DNA of 49,352 nucleotides from Candidatus Nomurabacteria bacterium (GTDB taxonomy: Bacteria; Patescibacteriota; Minisyncoccia; Phycocordibacterales; UBA9973), in assembly GCA_016186435.1 (NCBI GenBank), contig JACPLQ010000020.1, forward strand, positions 1-49,352. Reading direction: 5' to 3'. Position 1 is the stretch's first letter, and every line of letters starts with the position of its first letter. Below the pieces are notes generated by a model that was not told the DNA's origin, did not search any database, and worked only from the letters and a program-made list of their open reading frames with translations. Below are positions 40,296 through 48,159 of the stretch, piece by piece. The translations under genes and the position numbers were made by a program.

Positions 40296-40363
40296 CCCCC
40301 ACACCTAGTTTCTAATAGTTTTATAAAAGCACCTTTGGTGTAATTAGAAACTAGGTGTGGGGG
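40296..40363 (-). terminator. very long perfect hairpin (21-bp arms) between infA and rpmJ
   Basis: CCCCCACACCTAGTTTCTAAT...ATTAGAAACTAGGTGTGGGGG. A T-run follows 8 nt downstream on the minus strand. Confidence 0.5.
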
Positions 40364-40372
40364 CAAGTCCAT

Positions 40373-40639
40373 TTATAATCTTTTAACGATTCTTCCTTTA
40401 CCTCCATAAGAGTCCAGTACGACCTCTACCGCATCTCCTATTAAAACTTTGATTCTGTGTAAGCGCATCTTTCCGCCCAGGTATGCGAGAATTTCTTTTT
40501 GTCCCCCTATGCTATCTTCCGTCTTATCTTGAATTTTAACTCTAAACAAAGTACTGGGAAGAGCCTCTGTGACAACTCCTCGCGCCGTTGTTAACTTTTC
40601 CTGCCTGCCTGCAGGCAGGTCTTTTTTTAGATCGCTCAT
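40373..40639 (-). CDS. infA: translation initiation factor IF-1 with extended N-terminus
   Basis: S1-like core GVVTEALPSTLFRV...GKMRLHRIKVLIGDAVEV. The N-terminal extension is encoded partly by a 16-nt palindrome. Confidence 0.9.
   Translation of the reverse strand: MSDLKKDLPAGRQEKLTTARGVVTEALPSTLFRVKIQDKTEDSIGGQKEILAYLGGKMRLHRIKVLIGDAVEVVLDSYGGKGRIVKRL
40604..40619. repeat. 16-nt perfect palindrome CCTGCCTGCAGGCAGG in the infA N-terminal extension
   Basis: Encodes part of LPAGRQE. Confidence 0.5.
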
Positions 40640-40695
40640 TTATATAGGCCTATTATACTAAAAATAAAATTGGACGTCAAACTCAGCAACTAAAT

Positions 40696-42018
40696 TTATT
40701 CAGGATAATTCAGAATAATTTTCACATCTTCAGTCTTCTCAGGAATAGATTTCCTCCATGGAGGATTTATTTTTAAGCTGGCAGACTCTATATTTTCATA
40801 TTCGGACAATATGCTTACAAAATCTTTTTTCGGCTTGCCGAGTAAATAATCTGTGAATTTTTTTGTGTCCAGTTTCCACACAATCTTTACGGGTCCTGAT
40901 AAATTAAAATTTATACTTTTCATATTTTCAAACGAATGATCATTCTGGCTGAAGAGAGAAAATTTCAGATTTCTTATGTTTGGAATATAAACATCATTCC
41001 CGTCGTATTTAGCGGCTGCGCTCTCAGCAATTTTCTTTGTCAGCCTATCTTCACTAAAAAGAATCCCATACAAGGTTCCCTTTAGTGTAAGTGTCATGCT
41101 TTTATCATCGTTATATTTGGAAGATATATCATTTTCGCTTGTATTTAGAAAAATCGCATCTTTAAATAAGATGAATCCGCTCGGAATCTGATCAGTAGCT
41201 TTCTTCAATAGCTTCGCGCTAAGCGCAGTCTTGAGAGATGCTGCTGCTTCTATTTTTTCCTCTTCGCCGACAACGGGCGCTCTTCCTTTAAAACCCCCTT
41301 TTATTTCCGTGCCTGTTTTCGTTCTGACTTTAAATTTATCGTATTTAGTGGTACCTTTAAAACCCGCTATTTGAAAATCAAGCGGACCGCTGTTATATTC
41401 CTCGCCTGCTTCCGCGGCATAAATAGCCGCTTCCGCCGAACCAGCGGTTCCGTCTTTAGCCATGCCGGGCACTATAAGCGGTGTTTTAGTTTTATAAAGT
41501 TTGCCATTGGATCCTTCAAGCCTGGTATCAATAGCTAGTTTTTGGGAAGCAGCGCTAAAGGAATTAAAAATTAGCACTGTGCCCGTGGCCTTTTCGACAA
41601 CTTCTTTTTCTTCCGTGGCTTGGATTATATTTTTTTCCTCTCCGGAAATAACCACTAAGTCAAAAAACAGGCTGCCATTTTGAGGCAAACTGCTCGCCCC
41701 AAAATTTTCGCTTAAAACCAAGTCTTCGGTTTTTGGATTCACACTCACTTTGGCGCTGGAGAAGAGAAAAGATAATGCAAAAATAAAAAACAATGCCGAC
41801 ATGCAGGCCACAAACCATAGCGCGCGTCTGGATTTGTTGTTTGAATTATTTTTTATTTTTTTCGGCTTGACCTCTTTAGTTTCTTCTGCCTTAAAAGTCT
41901 TTATTGTCTCCGGCTCTTCTTCAAAATAAACATTTGTTTTGATTTCTTTGCTCGTGTCTTTAACCGTTTTTCTGGCACGTTTTGTTTTCACCATGTCTTC
42001 CAGTACGTATTTTGCCAT
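40696..42018 (-). CDS. hypothetical membrane-anchored protein (single TM, large extracytoplasmic domain)
   Basis: TM segment ALWFVACMSALFFIFALSFLF. The ATG at 42018 (MAKYVLEDM) lies 4 nt after the stop of the upstream actin-like gene and is preferred over 42096. Confidence 0.6.
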   Translation of the reverse strand: MAKYVLEDMVKTKRARKTVKDTSKEIKTNVYFEEEPETIKTFKAEETKEVKPKKIKNNSNNKSRRALWFVACMSALFFIFALSFLFSSAKVSVNPKTEDLVLSENFGASSLPQNGSLFFDLVVISGEEKNIIQATEEKEVVEKATGTVLIFNSFSAASQKLAIDTRLEGSNGKLYKTKTPLIVPGMAKDGTAGSAEAAIYAAEAGEEYNSGPLDFQIAGFKGTTKYDKFKVRTKTGTEIKGGFKGRAPVVGEEEKIEAAASLKTALSAKLLKKATDQIPSGFILFKDAIFLNTSENDISSKYNDDKSMTLTLKGTLYGILFSEDRLTKKIAESAAAKYDGNDVYIPNIRNLKFSLFSQNDHSFENMKSINFNLSGPVKIVWKLDTKKFTDYLLGKPKKDFVSILSEYENIESASLKINPPWRKSIPEKTEDVKIILNYPE

Positions 42019-42022
42019 AAAT

Positions 42023-43222
42023 TTACGCTCGCCCCGCCATGGCGGGGTAAACCAAATAACGAGTAATGTAAACAGAATCCATAATAAGAAAGGCATCCCG
42101 CGCCGCTTCTTCCCCGAATGAAGCGAGGTTATGCAGGAGCTTGGTGTCCATGACGGTAATCTCGAATTTTGATTCCGCTAAAGTATATTGGCTGAATTGT
42201 TCTGACTTTATTATATCTCTAAATAACTCTGCCACCTCCTTGTCCACAACTATGAAAATAACTGCTGGAATAGATATGTCTTTTGATAAATGCGCCAGCG
42301 ACTCTTGGAAATTTTTGAGCCACTCTGTTTTAAGATCTTTTATAATTAATTCCAGTTTCTTTGCGACAGATGCTTCTGCATGACTGTCCTTAAATAGCGA
42401 TAGAAGCGAGTTTGCTTCGTCTATAGTACATCCAAGCTTGGCAGATATTCCGCGCGCCAAAAAATTCCTCCCCAGCGGGTATGAAATAGATTCCCTAAGA
42501 ACATTTTTCTTGACCATAAAAATTTCAGTGACTTCTCCGCCAATATCGACGAGTAGAAAGTTTTCTTCTTTTTTATACATATCTCTTACTACAGTAAACG
42601 AAGTCATTGCAAAAGACGAAAATTTTATTGTTTCAAATTTAAAATATTTGCTTATTGTATCTTCAATTCTTGAGAGCATTTGTTCTCCGCTCATTGATAT
42701 AAAGATGATCATTTCCAGCTCTTTGGTTTTTTGTCCGATCGGATCAGAAGATTCATACCCATTTAGTATCGTCTTTATATTTTTTAGCTCAATAGGCCTG
42801 ACCGCATTGTTACCATCAGAATATTTTAATAAATGCTCTTCTCCGAATAGCTTTATCTCTTTCTGTATAAGCTCATCTGCAAGTTTTTCTGTAAATATGA
42901 ATGGCGTGTTTTTTTTATAGTTAATTGTCCGCGTCTGAGATGCATACCACGGAGAAGACAAAACACAAAAAATTCTGCTCGGGGCGCCGAGTCCAGTTCC
43001 ATATATCCTGCCAGCAACAGATTCCAGAGCTTGTATGGTTCCCGATAAAAAACTTTCAGCATCAACTTTTTCTTTTATAGGCAAAGAAACGGTTTCAGAG
43101 AAAATAATTTTCGGGATTCCGGAACTTCGGGCCAAAAATAGAGCTCCCCCTACAGACGAAGAGTCTATATTAAACACAGCCATCAATTCATCTTTTTCCT
43201 GCGGTTTAGAAAAAATCCCCAT
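42023..43222 (-). CDS. actin-like ATPase of the FtsA/PilM superfamily
   Basis: 399 aa. Phosphate/adenosine-type motifs (FNIDSSSVGGALF, LLVDIGGEVTEI). Family-level call only. Confidence 0.6.
   Translation of the reverse strand: MGIFSKPQEKDELMAVFNIDSSSVGGALFLARSSGIPKIIFSETVSLPIKEKVDAESFLSGTIQALESVAGRIYGTGLGAPSRIFCVLSSPWYASQTRTINYKKNTPFIFTEKLADELIQKEIKLFGEEHLLKYSDGNNAVRPIELKNIKTILNGYESSDPIGQKTKELEMIIFISMSGEQMLSRIEDTISKYFKFETIKFSSFAMTSFTVVRDMYKKEENFLLVDIGGEVTEIFMVKKNVLRESISYPLGRNFLARGISAKLGCTIDEANSLLSLFKDSHAEASVAKKLELIIKDLKTEWLKNFQESLAHLSKDISIPAVIFIVVDKEVAELFRDIIKSEQFSQYTLAESKFEITVMDTKLLHNLASFGEEAARDAFLIMDSVYITRYLVYPAMAGRA
42032..42047. repeat. 16-nt perfect palindrome CCCCGCCATGGCGGGG at the 3' end of the actin-like ATPase gene
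   Basis: Encodes YPAMAGR, just before the stop. Confidence 0.5.
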
Positions 43223-43229
43223 ATTGCGT

Positions 43230-43257
43230 ATTATACCCTGAAGCGAAGTTTATTCAA
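43230..43257 (-). promoter_or_regulatory. sigma70-type promoter TTGAAT-16 nt-TATAAT, 7 nt before the ATG (43222) of the actin-like ATPase gene
   Basis: Minus strand: TTGAAT(43257-43252)...TATAAT(43235-43230)-acgcaat-ATG. Confidence 0.55.
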
Positions 43258-43275
43258 AACTTGCTGCGGGGCAGG

Positions 43276-45021
43276 TCACAAAAGCACAGCTTTTATTCTG
43301 CGTATACCCTGCGCCACTGCTTCTTCTTTTTGGATTTTAAACTTACTCAATTCCTTTGTGTTAGAAACATGCGGTCCTCCGCAGAATTCTTTGGAAAAAA
43401 TATTGCCTTCTTTGTCTTGTATAAAATATACAGAAACCATGTCTGCGTATTTGGCTCCAAATTCCATCTCGGCGCCGATACGCTTTGCTTCTTCTAGGGG
43501 CATTTCCTTGCGCACAACATCAAGACCTCGCTTTATCTTCTCGTTTACCCAATTTTCAACTTTTTTCTTTTCTTCGTCGGTTAATTTATGGTCACAGAGA
43601 AAATCTATGCGCAGGCGTTCTTCAGTTATATTGCTCCCGCGCTGTTTGATTTCAGGGCCAATCACAGTTTGAAGTCCGGCCAAAAGCAAATGATGAGCAG
43701 TGTGCAGTCTTATTGTTTTTTTGTTATGGTTTGCAAGCCCGCCTTTAAACATGCCGGCAGACGCAGTCTGTGAAAGTCTCTGATGTTCTGCCATTTTCTT
43801 ATGAAAGTCTTCAAGGTCAATTTCCTTGCCTAACTCATGAGCTAACTCAGCAGTTAACTCAATCGGAAAACCGTAGGTCGTAGCCAAAATAAACGGGTCT
43901 ATGCCTTTTTCAAATTCCTTGAGACCTTCTTTGAGAGTTTTTCTAAATTTGCTTTCTTCGTCGAAAATAACTTGTTCTGTTATTTTGTCATTTTGCAAAA
44001 TGTTTGAATATTGAGTTTTATATTTATCCACGAAAATTTCTAAAATTTTCTTTATAAATCCGGAATCAAGTCCGATCTGATCTATTTTAAATACTGCGCG
44101 GCGAATCAATCGGCGCAAAACATAACCCTGGTCCTTGTTCCCCGGAATTACTCCATCCGAAATTAAAAAAATAGAACTTCTCAAGTGGTCTGCAATTATT
44201 CTGGCTGATCTCTCGTCATAATTCTGTGAATTTTCTTTTATCATATTCATCACTGGTGCAAAAATATCAGTTTCATAAATACTTTTTTTACCCTGCGCTA
44301 CAGTCGTGACTCGCTCTAATCCTGCTCCTGTATCTACATTTTTATTAGGCAACTCGCCTGCAACTTTTCCGTCCTCTTGTTTATAAGCCATAAAAACATC
44401 GTTCCAAATTTCTACGACTTTTTGTTCGTCTTCAGCTTTTTCAAATTGCTCCTGATTCATATCACCAAGCGAACCCGTTAAGTCATAGAACATTTCGGTT
44501 GAAGGACCTGCAGGAGAATTGGTGCCTGCGCTCCACCAATTTGATTTGGAACTTTTAAAATAAATCCTGTGCTCCGGAATACCCAGTGCTTTCCAAATTT
44601 CTACTGATTCTAGATCACGAACAACTGCTTCGCTTCCCCCAAAGACAGTTACATACAAACGCGACACGTCAAGCCCTAAACCTTCATCTTTTTTTGTTAA
44701 AAATTCGTAACTCCATTTTATAGCGTCTTCTTTAAAATAGTCACCCAGGGACCAGTTGCCAAGCATCTCAAAAAAAGTTAAATGAGTACTATCTCCTACT
44801 TCCTCTAGATCAATCGTGCGAACACATTTTTGAGAATTTGCCAGACGTTTGCCCTGCGGATGTTTTAGCCCTAGGAGATGTGGCATCAATGGCTGCATAC
44901 CAGCAATATTAAAAAGTACCGAAGGATCATTTTCGGGTACAAGCGAAGCGGAAGGAATTATTTTATGCCCTCTTTTTTCAAAAAATTTTAAAAACCTTTT
45001 TCTGATCTCATTTGACTCCAT
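43276..45021 (-). CDS. alaS: alanine--tRNA ligase, short form (581 aa)
   Basis: N-terminus EIRKRFLKFFEKRGHKIIPSASLVPENDPSVLF. Editing-site motifs HTAHHLL and CGGPHV. Much shorter than typical bacterial AlaRS. Confidence 0.88.
   Translation of the reverse strand: MESNEIRKRFLKFFEKRGHKIIPSASLVPENDPSVLFNIAGMQPLMPHLLGLKHPQGKRLANSQKCVRTIDLEEVGDSTHLTFFEMLGNWSLGDYFKEDAIKWSYEFLTKKDEGLGLDVSRLYVTVFGGSEAVVRDLESVEIWKALGIPEHRIYFKSSKSNWWSAGTNSPAGPSTEMFYDLTGSLGDMNQEQFEKAEDEQKVVEIWNDVFMAYKQEDGKVAGELPNKNVDTGAGLERVTTVAQGKKSIYETDIFAPVMNMIKENSQNYDERSARIIADHLRSSIFLISDGVIPGNKDQGYVLRRLIRRAVFKIDQIGLDSGFIKKILEIFVDKYKTQYSNILQNDKITEQVIFDEESKFRKTLKEGLKEFEKGIDPFILATTYGFPIELTAELAHELGKEIDLEDFHKKMAEHQRLSQTASAGMFKGGLANHNKKTIRLHTAHHLLLAGLQTVIGPEIKQRGSNITEERLRIDFLCDHKLTDEEKKKVENWVNEKIKRGLDVVRKEMPLEEAKRIGAEMEFGAKYADMVSVYFIQDKEGNIFSKEFCGGPHVSNTKELSKFKIQKEEAVAQGIRRIKAVLL
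43982..44005. promoter_or_regulatory. same box inside the alaS coding sequence
   Basis: ATTTTGTCATTTTGCAAAATGTTT, encoding NILQNDKI in AlaRS. Confidence 0.4.
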
Positions 45022-45472
45022 TTTCTTCAGAAATTTTTCTTATCGGCTTTTCAATAATATTTACTAAAATTAGTATAAGTAAAACAAGAACAGTGACAAT
45101 GAATGCCAGACCAAAAAATCCAAAACCTGCGGCCATGCCTATGCCCGCCATCACCCAAAGCCCGCCTGCAGTGGTAAGACCTCGGAGCTGAGAGCCATAA
45201 AGCATTATGGATCCGGCGCCTAAGAATCCAATACCGACAATAATTTGCGAAGCGATTCGGGTCGGATCAAAACCGCCAATAGCCTGATATTTAAGAGCTA
45301 TCATTTCAGAAATTATAACAAATAAAGCCGAACCTAAAGATACGAGCGCGTGCGTTTTCATGCCGGCGTCTTTATGCACGAAAAGTCTCTCCAGCCCTAC
45401 TATTATTCCTAACCCCACAGCTACGGTTAATCTTAAAATAATTTCACTATTTTCTGTTAAAAATTGAGTCAT
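45008..45472 (-). CDS. mgtC: MgtC/SapB-family membrane protein
   Basis: 154 aa, 4-5 TM. MgtC-like RLTVAVGLGIIVGLER...GMKTHALVSLGSAL. Confidence 0.8.
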   Translation of the reverse strand: MTQFLTENSEIILRLTVAVGLGIIVGLERLFVHKDAGMKTHALVSLGSALFVIISEMIALKYQAIGGFDPTRIASQIIVGIGFLGAGSIMLYGSQLRGLTTAGGLWVMAGIGMAAGFGFFGLAFIVTVLVLLILILVNIIEKPIRKISEENGVK

Positions 45473-45479
45473 GAATTAA

Positions 45480-46643
45480 TTATACAACTACTCCCCCGCC
45501 TAAGCAAACATCTCTATCGTAAACCACGACAGACTGGCCGGATGCGACCAAAATTGGTTTATCAAAAATTATCTCTGCTCTGTTTTTTTCCAAAACTCTT
45601 ACTCGACATGGCAGAAATTCTCCGTGATATCGAATTTGAGCTCTATAATTTTTATTTTCTTTTGGAGTTTCCGAGATCCAATTTGTGTATGCTAAATTAA
45701 GAGAAAAATGCTGTAAATTTTTTGAGCGGAAGGTTCCGCCCGCAGGATGGAGTAAAGCCAAATAATTTACAGCATTTTTCTCTTGCGAAACTATTAACGT
45801 ATTTTTCTTTATATCTTTGCCGACAATGTAATAAGGGCTGTCTTTTGGGCTCTTTTTTGTAACTGTAAAACCATGCCGTTCGCCTAGCGTATGAAAAACG
45901 ACTCCGTCGTGAAATCCGATCTTTTCCCCTTTCTCATCCCCCGCTTCCTGCGGGGCAAGCATTACTTTTCCTTTTTTTTCTTTGATATAGTGTTTCAAAA
46001 ATTCTTTCAGATCCACGGCGCCGAGAAAGCAAATTCCCTGACTGTCTTTTTTCTCGGCTACTGGCAGTTTAAACTTTCTCGCTAACTTTCTTACTTCTGT
46101 TTTCCTTAAATTCCCCACTGGAAACAAAATTTTACTTAACTGTTTTTGATTTAGCGTCCACAAAAAATAACTTTGATCTTTAGAAGAGTCTTTGCCTTTT
46201 ATTAATTGGCAATTTTCTTGTCGGGTGTTGGACACCCAATTCGCGGGTGTCCAACACCCGACAATTCGTGAATAATGCCCTGTCGCCACAAAATCCGCCC
46301 CCATCGCAAGCGCTTTTTTTAGGAAGGCGCCGAATTTTACTTCTTTATTGCACATGACATCTGGGTTCGGCGTCCTACCGGCACGGTACTCCCGAATCAT
46401 GTAATCGGCAACTTCTTTTTTATAGACATCTTCGAGATCAAATGTAAGAAACGGAATATCCAAAAAAGCCGACACGCGCATGGCATCTCGGCGCTCTTCC
46501 TCTTCATTGCATTCCAGAAAGTCCGGATGCCAAGTCTTTATGAAGACTCCCACAACTTCATATCCTTCTTTCTTCAAAAGCGCGGCCGAAACGGCGCTAT
46601 CAACGCCTCCCGAAAGACCCACAAAAACAACTTTTTTCTCCAT
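45480..46643 (-). CDS. mnmA: tRNA 2-thiouridine(34) synthase MnmA (carries in-frame palindromic insertion)
   Basis: PP-loop GLSGGVDSAVSA, KDQSYFL, 387 aa. Confidence 0.92.
   Translation of the reverse strand: MEKKVVFVGLSGGVDSAVSAALLKKEGYEVVGVFIKTWHPDFLECNEEEERRDAMRVSAFLDIPFLTFDLEDVYKKEVADYMIREYRAGRTPNPDVMCNKEVKFGAFLKKALAMGADFVATGHYSRIVGCWTPANWVSNTRQENCQLIKGKDSSKDQSYFLWTLNQKQLSKILFPVGNLRKTEVRKLARKFKLPVAEKKDSQGICFLGAVDLKEFLKHYIKEKKGKVMLAPQEAGDEKGEKIGFHDGVVFHTLGERHGFTVTKKSPKDSPYYIVGKDIKKNTLIVSQEKNAVNYLALLHPAGGTFRSKNLQHFSLNLAYTNWISETPKENKNYRAQIRYHGEFLPCRVRVLEKNRAEIIFDKPILVASGQSVVVYDRDVCLGGGVVV
46220..46262. repeat. 18-bp-stem perfect palindrome in frame inside mnmA
   Basis: GTCGGGTGTTGGACACCC-aattcgc-GGGTGTCCAACACCCGAC, encoding part of VGCWTPANWVSNTR. 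Confidence 0.65.
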
Positions 46644-46652
46644 TTATTAAAC

Positions 46653-47183
46653 TTACAGACTCATCAGCTTTTTGTAAAGCTCAAAAGTAGCCCGCGCGTC
46701 GGACAAAGCGGTATGGGCGCGTTTGTTTACTATGCCAAAGTAGAGACACAATTCACGCAAAGAAAAATGTTCCAAGTCCGGATTGCGGTGCATTTTAGCC
46801 CAAGCGATAGATATGGTGTCCAGTTTATGATAATGAAGGGTGTTCACTATATTGGTTTTGCTAAAAGCGGATTCCAAAAACCCGGAATCAAAAGCTACAT
46901 TATGGCCAACCATAATGGAATCTTTAACTTTATCGGCAAAAATTTTTATGGCTTCTTCCAGTGAATAGGCTTCTTCCCACGCTTTTTCATCATAATGGCT
47001 TATCTTCAGAGACACCGGATCGGCATCTTCTATGCGCTCTGGTTTGATTTTTAATTCAAAGTCTTCTATGACCTCAAGTTCGGAATTGGTTAAAACACAG
47101 CCGATTTCAATAATCTCATGCCTGATAAGATTTAAACCAGTCAACTCTATATCTATGAAAGCAAAATTGTGTTTTCTCATCAC
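46653..47183 (-). CDS. DEDDh 3'-5' exonuclease (DnaQ-like)
   Basis: Exo motifs FIDIELTGL, GHNVAFD, HTALSDA. Confidence 0.8.
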   Translation of the reverse strand: MMRKHNFAFIDIELTGLNLIRHEIIEIGCVLTNSELEVIEDFELKIKPERIEDADPVSLKISHYDEKAWEEAYSLEEAIKIFADKVKDSIMVGHNVAFDSGFLESAFSKTNIVNTLHYHKLDTISIAWAKMHRNPDLEHFSLRELCLYFGIVNKRAHTALSDARATFELYKKLMSL

Positions 47184-47208
47184 CGTAATTATAGCACGCG
47201 GATGAATT

Positions 47209-48078
47209 TTATTTTAAATATTTTTCTATATTTGCTTTGTGTTCTATGAAATTTTTTGCGTAATGAATAGCGCCTTCTTTGTCATGAAGATAATATAGAT
47301 AAGGCGAATTTTGGGTATGGATCGCAGCATTAATAGCTTCTATTCCCGGATTTCCGATGGGAGACTTTGGCAATCCTCTTGTCTTATAACTATCCGGCAC
47401 TGCATCCACCTGAAGCGCCATATTGATACCAATTCTTCTCCACAAAATCCCGGAAATAACTTCTCGGTCGTCATCTCCCTTTGCTTCTCTCTCTATAATA
47501 GATGCCATTATAATAATGTCTTTCTCACTTTTACCCGAAGCTAAAATTTCCGGACGAAGCGGAACTATTTTTTTCTCAAAATTGTCGCTCATAGATTTGA
47601 GCACCACATCTTCGTCTGCATTCTTAAAGAAAAAATAAGTGTCCGGAAAAAGATACCCCTCCATATCTTTTGCCTTAAGCAAGAATTCTGTCTTGTTGAA
47701 ATTCTGGAGCTGCAGGGCAAACATATCTCCAATCTGATTGACATCAAAACCTTCGGGGATAGTAACCGATGCGGGCGCCGTACGGTGTTCCCCTCCGCCA
47801 ATGCGCCGCGCTACTTCAAAAACGGGCAGTTTTCTTTCAAATGTATAATTGGCCGATATTATATTTTTTTCTTTACCAAAAAGTATCACGAAAAATTCAA
47901 AAGCTACTTTTGATTTTATTATGTGCTCTTGTTTTAATATAGACGAGACGCTTCGCAGACTTGCTCCTTTTTCTACCTGAATTGTAACTCCTGCGGGAAA
48001 GTCTCTTGGCGCGCTTAAAAATAAAATAAAAAACACAATTGCGCTGGATATATAAATGGCAATTTTTTTATTCTCCAT
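47209..48078 (-). CDS. mltG: endolytic transglycosylase MltG (YceG-like)
   Basis: N-terminal TM and YceG-like core (ASIIEREA..., YNTY-like DSYKTRGLPKSPIGNPG). Confidence 0.88.
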   Translation of the reverse strand: MENKKIAIYISSAIVFFILFLSAPRDFPAGVTIQVEKGASLRSVSSILKQEHIIKSKVAFEFFVILFGKEKNIISANYTFERKLPVFEVARRIGGGEHRTAPASVTIPEGFDVNQIGDMFALQLQNFNKTEFLLKAKDMEGYLFPDTYFFFKNADEDVVLKSMSDNFEKKIVPLRPEILASGKSEKDIIIMASIIEREAKGDDDREVISGILWRRIGINMALQVDAVPDSYKTRGLPKSPIGNPGIEAINAAIHTQNSPYLYYLHDKEGAIHYAKNFIEHKANIEKYLK

Positions 48079-48151
48079 CCCAGTACTAAAATTTTAATTT
48101 TTTTATAATCATGGTTATTTTACGTCCTCAAAAATTTAGTACGGGACAAGT
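48079..48151 (-). promoter_or_regulatory. leader stem-loop, copy 6 (mltG)
   Basis: Minus strand reads ACTTGTCCCGTACTAAATTTTTG...TTAAAATTTTAGTACTGGG|ATG(48078). 73 nt. TATAAT at 48154-48159 just upstream. Confidence 0.6.
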
Positions 48152-48153
48152 AA

Positions 48154-48159
48154 ATTATA
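48154..48159 (-). promoter_or_regulatory. -10 box TATAAT overlapping the stop codon of the upstream ORF, just before leader copy 6
   Basis: Minus strand: cctgTATAATtt-ACTTGTCCCG. Confidence 0.45.
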
